Part shown: positions 9,156 to 18,555 of the stretch, one piece after another
Numbering within the stretch: the stretch's first letter is position 1
Layout of the letters: each line of letters begins with the position of its first letter
Notes under the pieces: model-generated
Told to the model about the DNA's origin: nothing
Databases searched by the model: none
What the model saw: the letters and a program-made list of their open reading frames with translations, nothing else
Source: Candidatus Aegiribacteria sp.
Lineage (GTDB): Bacteria > Fermentibacterota > Fermentibacteria > Fermentibacterales > JCC-6
Reading direction: 5' to 3'
Assembly (NCBI GenBank): GCA_030594645.1
Contig: JAUVEU010000001.1
Span: 81,405 to 145,404, forward strand
Length of the DNA stretch: 64,000 nt
Program-made: the position numbers and the translations under genes

Positions 9156-10633
9156 TACTCACCTTCCCGAAATAACACCAGCGCTCTCTGAACCGTTTCA
9201 TCGTGAGGTGTCATGGCTACGTAGAAAGTCTTCCTGTCATAGATTCGAGCAGCAATTTCCGCGAATAGAGCCCTCTCGATATAAAACAGATTTTCTTCAA
9301 ATTCTCCGGATTCCCATTCCAGATCTTCTTCATCCAGGAATTGCTTGAACTCCGCCATACAAGTGCTATCAGGCCAGAAATCCTCTGGAATGTCATGGTC
9401 AAGAACGTAATCTGTCGCAAAGCTAAAGAACATCGATCCAATGATGAGTTCCGCCGGCAGAGATCCGATGATTTCAGGAGATTCGATGGTGATGTCCGGA
9501 AGAATTCCCCAGTCCGCAAGGCTGTCTTCCTCGGGGCTACTCATGAAATCGTCGGACAGGGTTCTGTCAATATTTCTTCCTTCAGGTGTAAAGTATCTCG
9601 CTGTAGTAAGTTTGACTCCGTAATGTCCAAGATTGTGAAAATCACCAAGATCTATCAATGTTTGAACGGATCCTTTTCCAAAAGTTCTGTTTCCGATAAG
9701 AGTACCTGCGCCATGATCCTGAATAGCTCCCGCCAGAATCTCAGACGAGCTTGCGCTCCCTCCATCAACTAGAATAATAAGTTCTCCGGTGAAAGTGGGT
9801 CCCTTCGAAGTGAAGTACTGGTGTTCTCCGACTGCATTACCTCTGGTAGAAACAACAAGTGTTCCAGCAGGGAGAAATAAGTCAGCAATATCAATCGCTG
9901 CTGAGAACAGGCCACCAGCATTTCCCCTTATATCAAGTATCAGATATTCAGTGCCCTGAGTAATAAGATCTTGAAGAACTGCTCTTACTTCCTTCGCAGA
10001 CTCTTCTCCAAATCTTGATAGCCGAATAAATCCGGTAGTATCATCAATCATGAATCCTGCAGTAACCGATGGAAGATCTATAACATCTCTCACGATCTCG
10101 AATTCAAGGGAATCTGGCGAGCCTGGCCGGACAACCGTGAGATTCACAGTGCTTCCTCTTGGCCCTCTTATCTGCATAACTGCATTATCCGTTGTGATTC
10201 CTTCTGTGGAGTTTTCGTCAATCTCAACGATTCTGTCTCCTGCTTTCATGCCAGCCTGAAAAGCAGGGGTACCTTCGAGCGGAGATATCACTGTAAGCCA
10301 TTCATCTCTGATTCCAATTGTAATCCCAACACCTTCAAAAGAACCTGTCAGTTGTATCCTGAGATTCTCATAGTCCTCCGGATCCAGAAGAACACTGTTC
10401 GGATCAAGAGATTCCAGCATGCCTCTGAGAGCAGCCTCGATCAATTCTACTGATTCAACTGGATCAACGTATGTTACTGAAGTTCTGGAGAATACTTCCA
10501 TAAACAGTTCAATGGAGGAACTCGTTGAAACCGAGTCATATGCGATCGCGGAGGGAAGAACCATCAGTCCACCGGCAAGCAGAAGACCACCAGCGAATAT
10601 GACTGTCACCCAGCCTGGCAGGAACTTTTTCAT
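9155..10633 (-). CDS. Carboxyl-terminal processing protease (peptidase S41, CtpA-like).
   Basis: There is an N-terminal transmembrane segment, a PDZ region (GDRIVEIDEN) and the S41 active-site serine motif (GGSASSSEILAG). An extra C-terminal domain of about 130 aa follows. Confidence 0.85.
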   Translation of the reverse strand: MKKFLPGWVTVIFAGGLLLAGGLMVLPSAIAYDSVSTSSSIELFMEVFSRTSVTYVDPVESVELIEAALRGMLESLDPNSVLLDPEDYENLRIQLTGSFEGVGITIGIRDEWLTVISPLEGTPAFQAGMKAGDRIVEIDENSTEGITTDNAVMQIRGPRGSTVNLTVVRPGSPDSLEFEIVRDVIDLPSVTAGFMIDDTTGFIRLSRFGEESAKEVRAVLQDLITQGTEYLILDIRGNAGGLFSAAIDIADLFLPAGTLVVSTRGNAVGEHQYFTSKGPTFTGELIILVDGGSASSSEILAGAIQDHGAGTLIGNRTFGKGSVQTLIDLGDFHNLGHYGVKLTTARYFTPEGRNIDRTLSDDFMSSPEEDSLADWGILPDITIESPEIIGSLPAELIIGSMFFSFATDYVLDHDIPEDFWPDSTCMAEFKQFLDEEDLEWESGEFEENLFYIERALFAEIAARIYDRKTFYVAMTPHDETVQRALVLFREGE

Positions 10634-11301
10634 CTATTTTTCTCCTCCGTTTTAATCGATCTTCTTGCGATAAGACTGATCACTCTACTTAAAATGATTT
10701 CGTCCTGTTGGACGGGGTTCAACATCGCATCCACTACGAAGTACCTGCTTTCCGATTTGGCCATATCAAGATACATCTGTCTGACACGTCTGTGAAAAGC
10801 AATATCCTCAAGTTCAATTCGATCGCGCTTCCGACCTTGCCTCATGAGCCGTCTGAAGCCTTCCTCAGGATCAATATCAAGCAGTACTGTCAAATCGGGG
10901 GTAAGACCTCCGGTAGCAAGCCTGTTCGACTCCTTCACCGGTTCTGATGGAAGTCCCCTTCCTCCGATCTGATAGGCATACGTTGCGTCTGAGTACCGCT
11001 CGCAGATAACATGCTGCCCCGATTCGAGCGCCGGTCTGACGATAAGTTCAACATTCGAGGCTCTGGAGGCCAGGTACAGCATCAGTTCAGTCAAAGGTGG
11101 TACTTTAAGATCGGGATCAAGCAGTATTGACCGTATTTTCTCAGATGCAAAAGGCCCCCCCGGTTCACGGGTATGAACAACATCAATACCACTCTTCTCA
11201 AGTGAATCGATAAGTGTCAGACACCTTGATGATTTACCCGCTCCCTCAACACCTTCAAAGGTGATGAAGCAGCCTGTAGAACCGTCGGAATCTCTATCCA
11301 A
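10630..11301 (-). CDS. tmk: Thymidylate kinase.
   Basis: A P-loop (FEGVEGAGKSS) and the DRY-like lid motif (ICERYSDAT) are present. Length is 223 aa. Confidence 0.88.
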   Translation of the reverse strand: MDRDSDGSTGCFITFEGVEGAGKSSRCLTLIDSLEKSGIDVVHTREPGGPFASEKIRSILLDPDLKVPPLTELMLYLASRASNVELIVRPALESGQHVICERYSDATYAYQIGGRGLPSEPVKESNRLATGGLTPDLTVLLDIDPEEGFRRLMRQGRKRDRIELEDIAFHRRVRQMYLDMAKSESRYFVVDAMLNPVQQDEIILSRVISLIARRSIKTEEKNR

Positions 11302-11309
11302 GATTTATT

Positions 11310-12431
11310 CTATTTCTTCGTCTTCTTCTCAGAAGCCGTCTTTTCCTGCTTTTTCTGTCCAAACTCCGTGATATACTCCTCGGTCATCCTTCTGCACTGA
11401 TCATCGTAATACTGAATGGGAGGAGTTTTAAAGAAGTAGGATGACGGAGCTTCGACTGCTCCGGAAAGTCCGTTATCCAGAGCGAGTTTTGCGCATCTTA
11501 CCGCATCTATGATAACTCCAGCCGAATTCGGGCTGTCCACAACTTCAAGTTTGGCTTCAATATTCAGTGAAACCTCACCGAAACTGGTACCTTCCATTCG
11601 GATATAACACCATTTTCTGTCATCGAGCCATGGTATGTAATCGCTGGGACCGATATGAACGTTCCTTGGTTCAAGTCCGCCGGGAAGCTGTGAAGTTACC
11701 GCGTTTGTCTTGGATATCTTCTTGCTTTCAAGTCTTTCACGCTCAAGCATATTCAGGAAATCGGTATTACCGCCGACATTCAACTGGTATGTGCGGTCAA
11801 GCCTTACACCCCTGTCTTCGTAAAGGCGGGTCATGACTCGGTGCAGGATCGTAGCTCCCACCTGACTCTTGATATCGTCACCGAAAACGGGAAGTCCCTT
11901 ATCACGGAACCTCTTCTGCCAGTATTCCTCGCTGGCGATAAATACGGGAATAGCATTCACAAACGCGCAGCCGGCTTCAAGTATCTGTTCAACGTACCAT
12001 TTTGTCGCTTCTTCGCTCCCTACCGGAAGATAACTTACAACAACATCTGTTTTTGTCTCTTTGAGAATACCAACAATGTCAGATGTGGGGCCGGGCGCTT
12101 TTACAATAACTTCCTTCAGATACTTTCCAAGACCGTCATGCGTCATTCCTCTTTGTACCTTAACACCAATTTCAGGAACATCGCATAGTTTCACCGTACA
12201 GTTGGGATCAGCGAATATCGCTTCGCTGATATCCTTGCCAACCTTGGTGACATTGATGTCAAACGCAGCAGAGAATTCAATATCATTAATGTGATATCCG
12301 CCGAGGTTGACGTGCATAAGCCCCGGGACCTTGTCATGATCAGAGGTTTTTCTATAGAACTCCACACCCTGAACAAGACTGCTTGCGCAGTTTCCGACTC
12401 CAATTATCGCTACTCTTACTTTCTTGGACAT
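11310..12431 (-). CDS. Myo-inositol-1-phosphate synthase (inositol-3-phosphate synthase).
   Basis: 373 aa. It has the bacterial/archaeal MIPS N-terminus ([18 protein letters not shown]) and a central NAD-binding and catalytic region ([21 protein letters not shown]). Confidence 0.85.
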   Translation of the reverse strand: MSKKVRVAIIGVGNCASSLVQGVEFYRKTSDHDKVPGLMHVNLGGYHINDIEFSAAFDINVTKVGKDISEAIFADPNCTVKLCDVPEIGVKVQRGMTHDGLGKYLKEVIVKAPGPTSDIVGILKETKTDVVVSYLPVGSEEATKWYVEQILEAGCAFVNAIPVFIASEEYWQKRFRDKGLPVFGDDIKSQVGATILHRVMTRLYEDRGVRLDRTYQLNVGGNTDFLNMLERERLESKKISKTNAVTSQLPGGLEPRNVHIGPSDYIPWLDDRKWCYIRMEGTSFGEVSLNIEAKLEVVDSPNSAGVIIDAVRCAKLALDNGLSGAVEAPSSYFFKTPPIQYYDDQCRRMTEEYITEFGQKKQEKTASEKKTKK

Positions 12432-12482
12432 TCATTGCCTCCCTGAAGGGATTGAAACGTAATTGTAGACGACTTTACGGGA

Positions 12483-13097
12483 TTATTCCTCATCAGTTGA
12501 AATCTCCCTGCCGTCCCTGAATACTTTTACCATTCTCTGACCGGCTGTGAACCATGTTCCTACAGCTAATATGGCCAGTGCAAGCACTATAGCTCTTGTG
12601 TCCCATAATCCCGAAACAACAAGACCCATTATAAGCAATATGAGCCTTTCTGTCCGAGTGACAAGCCCCACTGAGCATGAAAGATTCACTCCTTCAGCTC
12701 TGGCTCTGACATAGCTTACCATGAACGAGCCGCCGATCGCGGCCGGCACAAGGTAAATCAGCTCATGATGAGCGGCTCCCGCTTTTCCAGCAAGAATAGC
12801 CGCAAACATGAATAGCTCACCTATGCGATCACAGCTGGAATCAAAAACTGCTCCAGCTTTACTCTCTATACCCTGCCTGCGCGCAAGTTCCCCATCCATA
12901 GCATCAAGAATGCTACCTGTGATGAAAACCGCGACACCGGCAATATACTTTCCGTCCCAGACAAGCCACGAGGCAACTATTGTAAGAAGAAGACCAAGTG
13001 CCGTAACCGTAAACGGACTTACTCCTGCTAAAACCAGCAGTCTGATAATGGGAATCAGAAGATTTCTACCGGCATTTCTAATACTTTCCAGGTTCAA
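12483..13097 (-). CDS. CDP-alcohol phosphatidyltransferase, likely a phosphatidylinositol-phosphate synthase partner of MIPS.
   Basis: 204 aa membrane protein. It carries the CDP-OH-P transferase motif (DAMDGELARRQG...AVFDSSCDR) and lies immediately downstream of MIPS. Confidence 0.8.
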   Translation of the reverse strand: MNLESIRNAGRNLLIPIIRLLVLAGVSPFTVTALGLLLTIVASWLVWDGKYIAGVAVFITGSILDAMDGELARRQGIESKAGAVFDSSCDRIGELFMFAAILAGKAGAAHHELIYLVPAAIGGSFMVSYVRARAEGVNLSCSVGLVTRTERLILLIMGLVVSGLWDTRAIVLALAILAVGTWFTAGQRMVKVFRDGREISTDEE

Positions 13098-13157
13098 ATA
13101 ACCTCCTGGGAATCGTTCTGTAAAAGCAATGTAAAATAGGAACGGGAGCGGGAATCG

Positions 13158-13865
13158 TCAATCAAAGTAATCTTCACCGAGTTCCTTCCCGCCAACAACA
13201 AGTGTGATCTCTCCCCGCACCTTTCTGTCACCGAATCGCTTGATAACATCGGTAATATTCCCTCGAATATACTCCTCGTGTACTTTTGTTATTTCCCTTG
13301 CGATACAGACAGGTCGATTACCTAAAACCCCATGCATCTCTCCCAGATACTTCAGGAGATGATGAGGACCAATGAAATATACTATTGAACCACTATAAGA
13401 AGACATCTCTTCAATTTTTCTCTTTCTGGCTCCTATTTTTCTGGGAAGGAAACCCTCAAACGCAAATCTGTCCACTGGAAGACCGGATCCGACAAGTGCA
13501 GTGGTAACGGCTGTTGGACCTGGAATAACTTCAATCCGGTATCCTTCACGCAACGCAATTCTGACAGCTTTAAACGACGGATCTGAAATCCCGGGCATAC
13601 CTGCATCCGAGACAAGAGCGACTGTCAATCCATTTTCAAGGAATTCTTTTAACTGAGGAAGCCTTCCGGCAGCATTATGATCATGGTAACTGTACAGTCT
13701 CTTCGTTTCATTTACAAATTTTGCCGTTCTGCGAGTATCCTCGGCAAACACAGCTGATGCGTTCTCAATTGCCTCAACCGCACGGGGGGACATGTCCCCC
13801 AGATTGCCTATAGGAGTGGCAACCAGTACAAGCTTTCCAGCCTTTTTTGAGATGCCGGTTATCAC
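13158..13865 (-). CDS. rsmI: 16S rRNA (cytidine1402-2'-O)-methyltransferase.
   Basis: The tetrapyrrole-methylase fold N-terminus (LVLVATPIGNLGD) is present. 235 aa. Confidence 0.88.
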   Translation of the reverse strand: MITGISKKAGKLVLVATPIGNLGDMSPRAVEAIENASAVFAEDTRRTAKFVNETKRLYSYHDHNAAGRLPQLKEFLENGLTVALVSDAGMPGISDPSFKAVRIALREGYRIEVIPGPTAVTTALVGSGLPVDRFAFEGFLPRKIGARKRKIEEMSSYSGSIVYFIGPHHLLKYLGEMHGVLGNRPVCIAREITKVHEEYIRGNITDVIKRFGDRKVRGEITLVVGGKELGEDYFD

Positions 13866-14113
13866 GGGGCGCTCTTATTCCGCTCGCTGGTTCGATCAAG
13901 CAGTCTCTGCTGAAGGCTCTGTATGCTGTCGGCAAGCTTATCGGTCTCTTCGATGTTCTTCTCAATAATCACATTGAAAACATCACCCTCACGCGAATGG
14001 TCAGGAAGATAATCCGCAGGAAGAAGCCACATGTGTCCTTCTTTTGTAACAAGAACGGCAATCTCCTCTTCAATCCTGTCAAGCGAAACAAGAAGCTCTC
14101 TGTTTTCTGGCAT
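13862..14113 (-). CDS. DUF3006-like small protein.
   Basis: A DUF3006 pattern is present (IAVLVTKEG..LLP...LP...REGDVF). The start is called at ATG 14113 with a TTGGAGGAAT Shine-Dalgarno site. The longer ORF to 14212 lacks an RBS. Its stop overlaps the rsmI start (ATGA). Confidence 0.5.
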   Translation of the reverse strand: MPENRELLVSLDRIEEEIAVLVTKEGHMWLLPADYLPDHSREGDVFNVIIEKNIEETDKLADSIQSLQQRLLDRTSERNKSAP

Positions 14114-14298
14114 ATTCCTCCAATCGAACAAATATACAACCAATCGATAATTACGACGATTAACAGTTGAAGGAATGTCTACCGCTTCTCCAGACTCTAT
14201 TGGTACCGGCATCCCTCATTGGTGAGGTTATGGTTCTATTCAAAGTGCTTCAAAGAGTGCTTGAGAACCTTTTCATGTTTCAGCCGGACTGCCCACTG

Positions 14299-15627
14299 TT
14301 ATGCGAACGGAGCCAGGCAGAGTGCATTCTGTATCTTATCGCGTTGTATTGAGGCTACTCCCACTTCATCCGCATAGTCCCTCCAGCGCGATACAACCTC
14401 TCTCACTTCGCCAATTATTGTCTTAACCCGCTCGTGTTTCATTGAAGCAGCCCTGGCGCACATCCTGAAATCTTCCATCGTGAAGTTAGCTCGCTTTCCG
14501 TTCATAGTCATCTGGTGACTGGATGTCCATTTCCCTCCCGGCTGGAAACTGTACGCCATGTCGAAGGCGGGTGCAAGCGACCATTTCCCGGATCTGTTCA
14601 TCAGAAAAGCAATATTCTTGACATGGTCATCCTGGTTTCGGGCAACGATATTGAATACCATCCGTCGAAACTGCTCCTCTACCGCACTGTGAGGCAGTCC
14701 GAGCCGCCGAATAACCTGATATGCCTGCTCATAGCTGTATGCACCGGCCTTGTTAAGATCGAAATGAGCCATCGCAGCAAGGGATTGCATATGGAGCTTC
14801 CCACCGTCAGGCAGCCGGTCGAATCGGCGGGTCATGAAGTGCCGACGGCCACTTTCCTCGAAGAGTCTGCACTCGCTCATCGTGATACCAGAGTCTCTTG
14901 CCATCCTGTGATAAGCATACTCGATGGCCCCGTATCCCTGGGGATCTTCCAGATCCTTATCCTTGTTGCCGCTGACTCCGTCGAACTTGAGAATCCAGTA
15001 CTCGAAACCCTCTACTGCCTTGACCTGACCAGAGCACACTTCGTTGGACTCAGGATTCCAGGCAATCACGGCTTTCGCGCGAGCCCCACCTGCGGATGTT
15101 CCAACTCTAAGGATATCTCTCATTGTATCAGCTTTGCATTTATCTGCAAATGTACCTCGCAAGTTGTCCCGATTCCTGAGAATATCGGACGCCAATTTAA
15201 CCAGTCGATCCACGTGAAGACGGGTTCTCCTTCCGGGCTGTGGACCCATGATGGGAAAGAACTCCAGAGCACCCATTCCCCTCGTTCCAGTGTAGCACAG
15301 GCGTTCCACCGCATTGAACGACTCCGGTGTCCTTCCCTGCGTAGCCAGCCATGCATCAATCAGAGTATTGCCAAACTGGTCAGGTAACGAGTCCGCCAGA
15401 AGACCCGGCAGACCATGAAAGGTGATCAACGGAAGTGCTGAAAACGCATAGACCCGCTCGGACAGCGGCATCATAAGCGGCGCAATCTGAATATCGCTTC
15501 GGGAAAACGACGGTTCATACTGGAATGACGCCGTCTCAGCACTCTCCTCCAGCGCCACCGCACCGATGGTACTACCCCATAGTCTCACCTCGGCAACCGT
15601 GCTCATTCCTGATCTCCCCAGTGCCAT
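14299..15627 (-). CDS. hipA: Type II toxin-antitoxin HipA-family serine/threonine kinase toxin.
   Basis: 442 aa. HipA N-terminal and C-terminal domains are present, including the catalytic loop RNQDDHVKNIAF. Local GC is clearly above the window average. Confidence 0.88.
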   Translation of the reverse strand: MALGRSGMSTVAEVRLWGSTIGAVALEESAETASFQYEPSFSRSDIQIAPLMMPLSERVYAFSALPLITFHGLPGLLADSLPDQFGNTLIDAWLATQGRTPESFNAVERLCYTGTRGMGALEFFPIMGPQPGRRTRLHVDRLVKLASDILRNRDNLRGTFADKCKADTMRDILRVGTSAGGARAKAVIAWNPESNEVCSGQVKAVEGFEYWILKFDGVSGNKDKDLEDPQGYGAIEYAYHRMARDSGITMSECRLFEESGRRHFMTRRFDRLPDGGKLHMQSLAAMAHFDLNKAGAYSYEQAYQVIRRLGLPHSAVEEQFRRMVFNIVARNQDDHVKNIAFLMNRSGKWSLAPAFDMAYSFQPGGKWTSSHQMTMNGKRANFTMEDFRMCARAASMKHERVKTIIGEVREVVSRWRDYADEVGVASIQRDKIQNALCLAPFA

Positions 15628-15956
15628 TTTTCATCTGATTTTACTGCACGTTTGGAGGAAGCTCTCCTTCGATCCTTCCCTTTCAGCCTCAGCAGCTCCA
15701 TTGGTCTGAGGCCTGTTTCAGGAACCAGGCGGTCTACTCCATCTATAAGTTCCAGGACGCGCAGCAGACGAATAAGTGTAGACATCTGAATGTCTCTACC
15801 AGCCTCAATTCGTTCGACTGTTCGCTTGCCCAGCCCAGCCTGCTCGGCTGCATCCGCCTGGGTAATCCCCAGATCCAGACGCCTGCGCGCGATGCGACGG
15901 CCCAGTTCTTCCAGTACCGTTTCAGGCGTCATCTGTTTCTCGATTTTCATTACCAT
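15603..15956 (-). CDS. hipB: HipB-like XRE-family HTH antitoxin.
   Basis: 117 aa with an HTH (LGITQADAAEQAGLGKRTVERIE). It overlaps the hipA start by 25 nt. Confidence 0.8.
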   Translation of the reverse strand: MVMKIEKQMTPETVLEELGRRIARRRLDLGITQADAAEQAGLGKRTVERIEAGRDIQMSTLIRLLRVLELIDGVDRLVPETGLRPMELLRLKGKDRRRASSKRAVKSDEKWHWGDQE

Positions 15957-16198
15957 GACCTCCTGGAAGCAAATTAGTGAATGCTACCATCTCTTCTCGT
16001 AATATACGGCGAGTAATACGTCTGACAAGCTGTAACTCGCACTATGATGCGATATATCTATTCAATTTGTCGTCATATGTGAAGACAGTACTCTTGATTC
16101 ATTAATGAGTAATCGCCAGATATTACTAGTTGTCTGCGGCAATAGCGCTTACTCGACACTAACGACGACTTACGGAAAGAATGCACACTTAAAAACCA

Positions 16199-16262
16199 TC
16201 CGGGGACATCCACTCTATGGTGGGTGTCCCCAAAAAACATGACGCTCTGCTGCGTGTCCCCG
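16199..16262 (+). repeat. Left copy of a ~65 bp inverted element pair (GGGGACATCCAC-TCTAT-GGTGGGTGTCCCC hairpin, then A6CATGACGCTCTGCTGCGTGTCCCCG).
   Basis: This is a near-identical reverse-complement match to 20691..20758, with 2-3 mismatches over about 62 nt. It contains a 12 bp stem with a G.U wobble and three GGGGACA/GTGTCCCC units. It sits at the 5' end of the radical SAM gene. Confidence 0.75.
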
Positions 16263-16356
16263 CAACAAACGTACAATCAAAGTTTGCAAACAGCAATTGA
16301 GGAATGTATTTTCGGGGCGCGTGCTAAACCACGGGAAAGGAATATTTTGAAAACCG

Positions 16357-17765
16357 TACTTGTCTACCCAAGGTACAACTGGATCGAGTACAACGGCCTG
16401 GCTGAACCAATAGGGGTGCTTCACCTCGTCAGCGCGCTGCGACTGGCCGGACAGGATCCAGTATATGCAGATTACTCCTTTTGCAAGAACCTGGATGAAC
16501 TTGATGATCTCTTTGTGAACGCGGGCATGATTTGTATTGCTGTATCAGCAGCTGCAAAACTGGATCGAGCCAGAATCGTTACTGATCACCTGCGGAAAAT
16601 CAATCCTGATGCTTTCTTCGTAGCGGGAGGAGCATATCCAAGCATCTTCCCGGAAAAGTCAATCGAAGAAATGAATGTGGACTGTGTACTTGTCGGTGAA
16701 GCCGAGGAATCCATGGTCGAACTGGCGGAAATCATTGAAAAAGGCGGGGATTTCAGGGAAATCCGCAATCTTGTCTACCGAAATACAGATGGCGAATACG
16801 TAATCAATCAAAGGCGACCTGTGGTAGCTGACCTGGACACAATTCCTTTTCCCGCGAGGGATGTCGTTGATTACGATTCCTATTTCAAAGAAGGCATGGC
16901 CGAATACGGCATGGTTACTACAAGAGGATGCCCTTTCAAATGCATTTACTGCAAACCAAGCACAGACCTCATTTTCGGTGGAGGAATACGATACAGAAGC
17001 GCGGAGAATGTTGTAGAAGAGATTATCGAACTTGCCTCTTTGAGAAATGAGAATTGCCTGAGAATCTTCTTCAAGGATGATACCATCACAATGCATCCTA
17101 CTTCATGGTTTGAGGAATTCAGGGACGGTCTCCGGAATGCAGATATTTCACTTGAATGGCACTGCAACAGCAGAGTCGATACCGTAACCCGTGACAAGGT
17201 CAGGGTAATGGGAGAAAGCGGTTGCCACTGCATCTCGTTCGGTGTTGAGAGCGGAAGTCAGAGAATCCTTGATTTCTATAAGAAAGGTACTACTCCGGAT
17301 CAGGCAGTTGACGCCTTCGAGTGGTGCCATGAATTCGGTATAGAAGCCACCGCCAATCTGATGATAGGTCTGCCGCTTGAAACAGAAGATGATATTCAGG
17401 CAACGTACGACCTTCTTAAGAAACTCAAACCGGATGATATTATCGTCTACTTCTCCACAGCCATCCCGGGGCGATACATACACGAATGGGCAGTGGAAAA
17501 TGATTACCTCGCATGCGACACCAATCCCGAACTTCTTGATCCCGCAAGGAACAGAGCCCATGAAGTCATGAACATGCGTCTTCCTAACCTTTCCGTTGAT
17601 GACGTCATATCATGGAAACACAAGATGGAGCGATACAGAAGCTGGAGAAAAGTAACCAGTTTCAGCAACATACAGAGGTGGGTTGAGGAGCTTCTCGATG
17701 ACCCTGCGCCAGCATCAAAAAAAGCGGGGCGTGTACTGAGAGGATTCCTCGGCCAGGGCGATTAG
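16357..17765 (+). CDS. B12-binding domain radical SAM protein (class B radical SAM).
   Basis: It has an N-terminal cobalamin-binding Rossmann-like domain and a radical SAM CxxxCxxC motif (TTRGCPFKCIYC). The start is uncertain. TTG 16357 with a GGAAAGGAA RBS gives MKTVLVYP. In-frame ATG 16239 and GTG 16224 lie inside the repeat element and would add about 40 aa. Confidence 0.78.
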
Positions 17766-17774
17766 ACATAACGG

Positions 17775-18104
17775 TTGTTAGGGGGCAACAGCAGCATGAG
17801 CATACAATTCAGAAAGAATATCATAATCTTTTGCGGGGCGCTGGTTCTTCGGATAGTATTGGTAACAACTGAGGTATTCTTGAACTTCACAGGCTTCGCA
17901 CTGCATGCTGTTTATGCAATTCTGATACTGTCCATGTTTGTGTTGATCTGGCTTGTTAATTACCCTCTTGTCGCAGAACTCAAAAACAAAGTACTTCGGT
18001 TTTTATCGTGCAGTGGAATAGCTTTGCTACTCACCGGCATGTTCGTGTTGGCTATCGCAATTCAAGGCACTCTTTTCAAGCTCTTAATAAAAGGTTCTTT
18101 TTAA
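17775..18104 (+). CDS. Small hypothetical membrane protein (3-4 TM helices).
   Basis: 109 aa hydrophobic ORF lying between the radical SAM and beta-helix genes. It gives no homology signal. Confidence 0.4.
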   Translation: MLGGNSSMSIQFRKNIIIFCGALVLRIVLVTTEVFLNFTGFALHAVYAILILSMFVLIWLVNYPLVAELKNKVLRFLSCSGIALLLTGMFVLAIAIQGTLFKLLIKGSF

Positions 18105-18119
18105 CATTCCTGAACAATT

Positions 18120-18413
18120 ATGGATCTGTTACTAACAAAAGCTTTTAAGCACGCACCTCGATCCTGTCATTCATCAAGGAATTTGAAATTTAAAAGGCAG
18201 CAAGTTAAGGCTTATCACTCCCCACATATTGCCGGGAGTGAGCACAGCCACTCGAGGTCCGAATTGAAGAGGGCGTTTCATGAGGCGATGTCCCGGCTCC
18301 AGCAGACGGTCCCGAATTACATCAAAGGTCTACCATCGTTCCGGGAAGGGTCGAAACTCAAGCTTGAGGAAATATGTGATGCGGTCGAAAGCCTGGTTGA
18401 ATATCTTGCATAG
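18120..18413 (+). CDS. Hypothetical small basic protein.
   Basis: 97 aa ORF that is co-oriented inside the cassette. No recognisable domain. Confidence 0.3.
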   Translation: MDLLLTKAFKHAPRSCHSSRNLKFKRQQVKAYHSPHIAGSEHSHSRSELKRAFHEAMSRLQQTVPNYIKGLPSFREGSKLKLEEICDAVESLVEYLA

Positions 18414-18555
18414 GGATTTGGATAACCATATCCTGAAAGTATGCGTGTTGCAGTTAGCACTTTTCAGAAGTAGGTTGCAGTCAGTGAATTATCCTGGCTA
18501 ATTGGAATAATCAGCTGGATGAGAGACGCCGGAGTATTTTCAGAGGGGATAGTAT

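Noticed and set aside
13433-14170. Small ORFs 13433..13615, 13774..13965 and 13847..14170 around rsmI/DUF3006.
   Set aside because: They are internal to, or antisense to, better-supported genes, and they are Arg/Cys-rich frame artefacts.
16100-16360. A possible cobalamin riboswitch upstream of the B12-dependent radical SAM gene.
   Set aside because: No B12-box (GCCACUG-like) or the extended ~200 nt architecture is present. The conserved element is too short, and an identical copy is shared with the unrelated DUF2085 gene.
16586-17561. Minus-strand ORFs (16586..16768, 16659..17096, 16946..17233, 17148..17561) inside the radical SAM gene.
   Set aside because: They overlap a strongly supported plus-strand CDS with a conserved CxxxCxxC motif. 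No RBS or domain signal is present.
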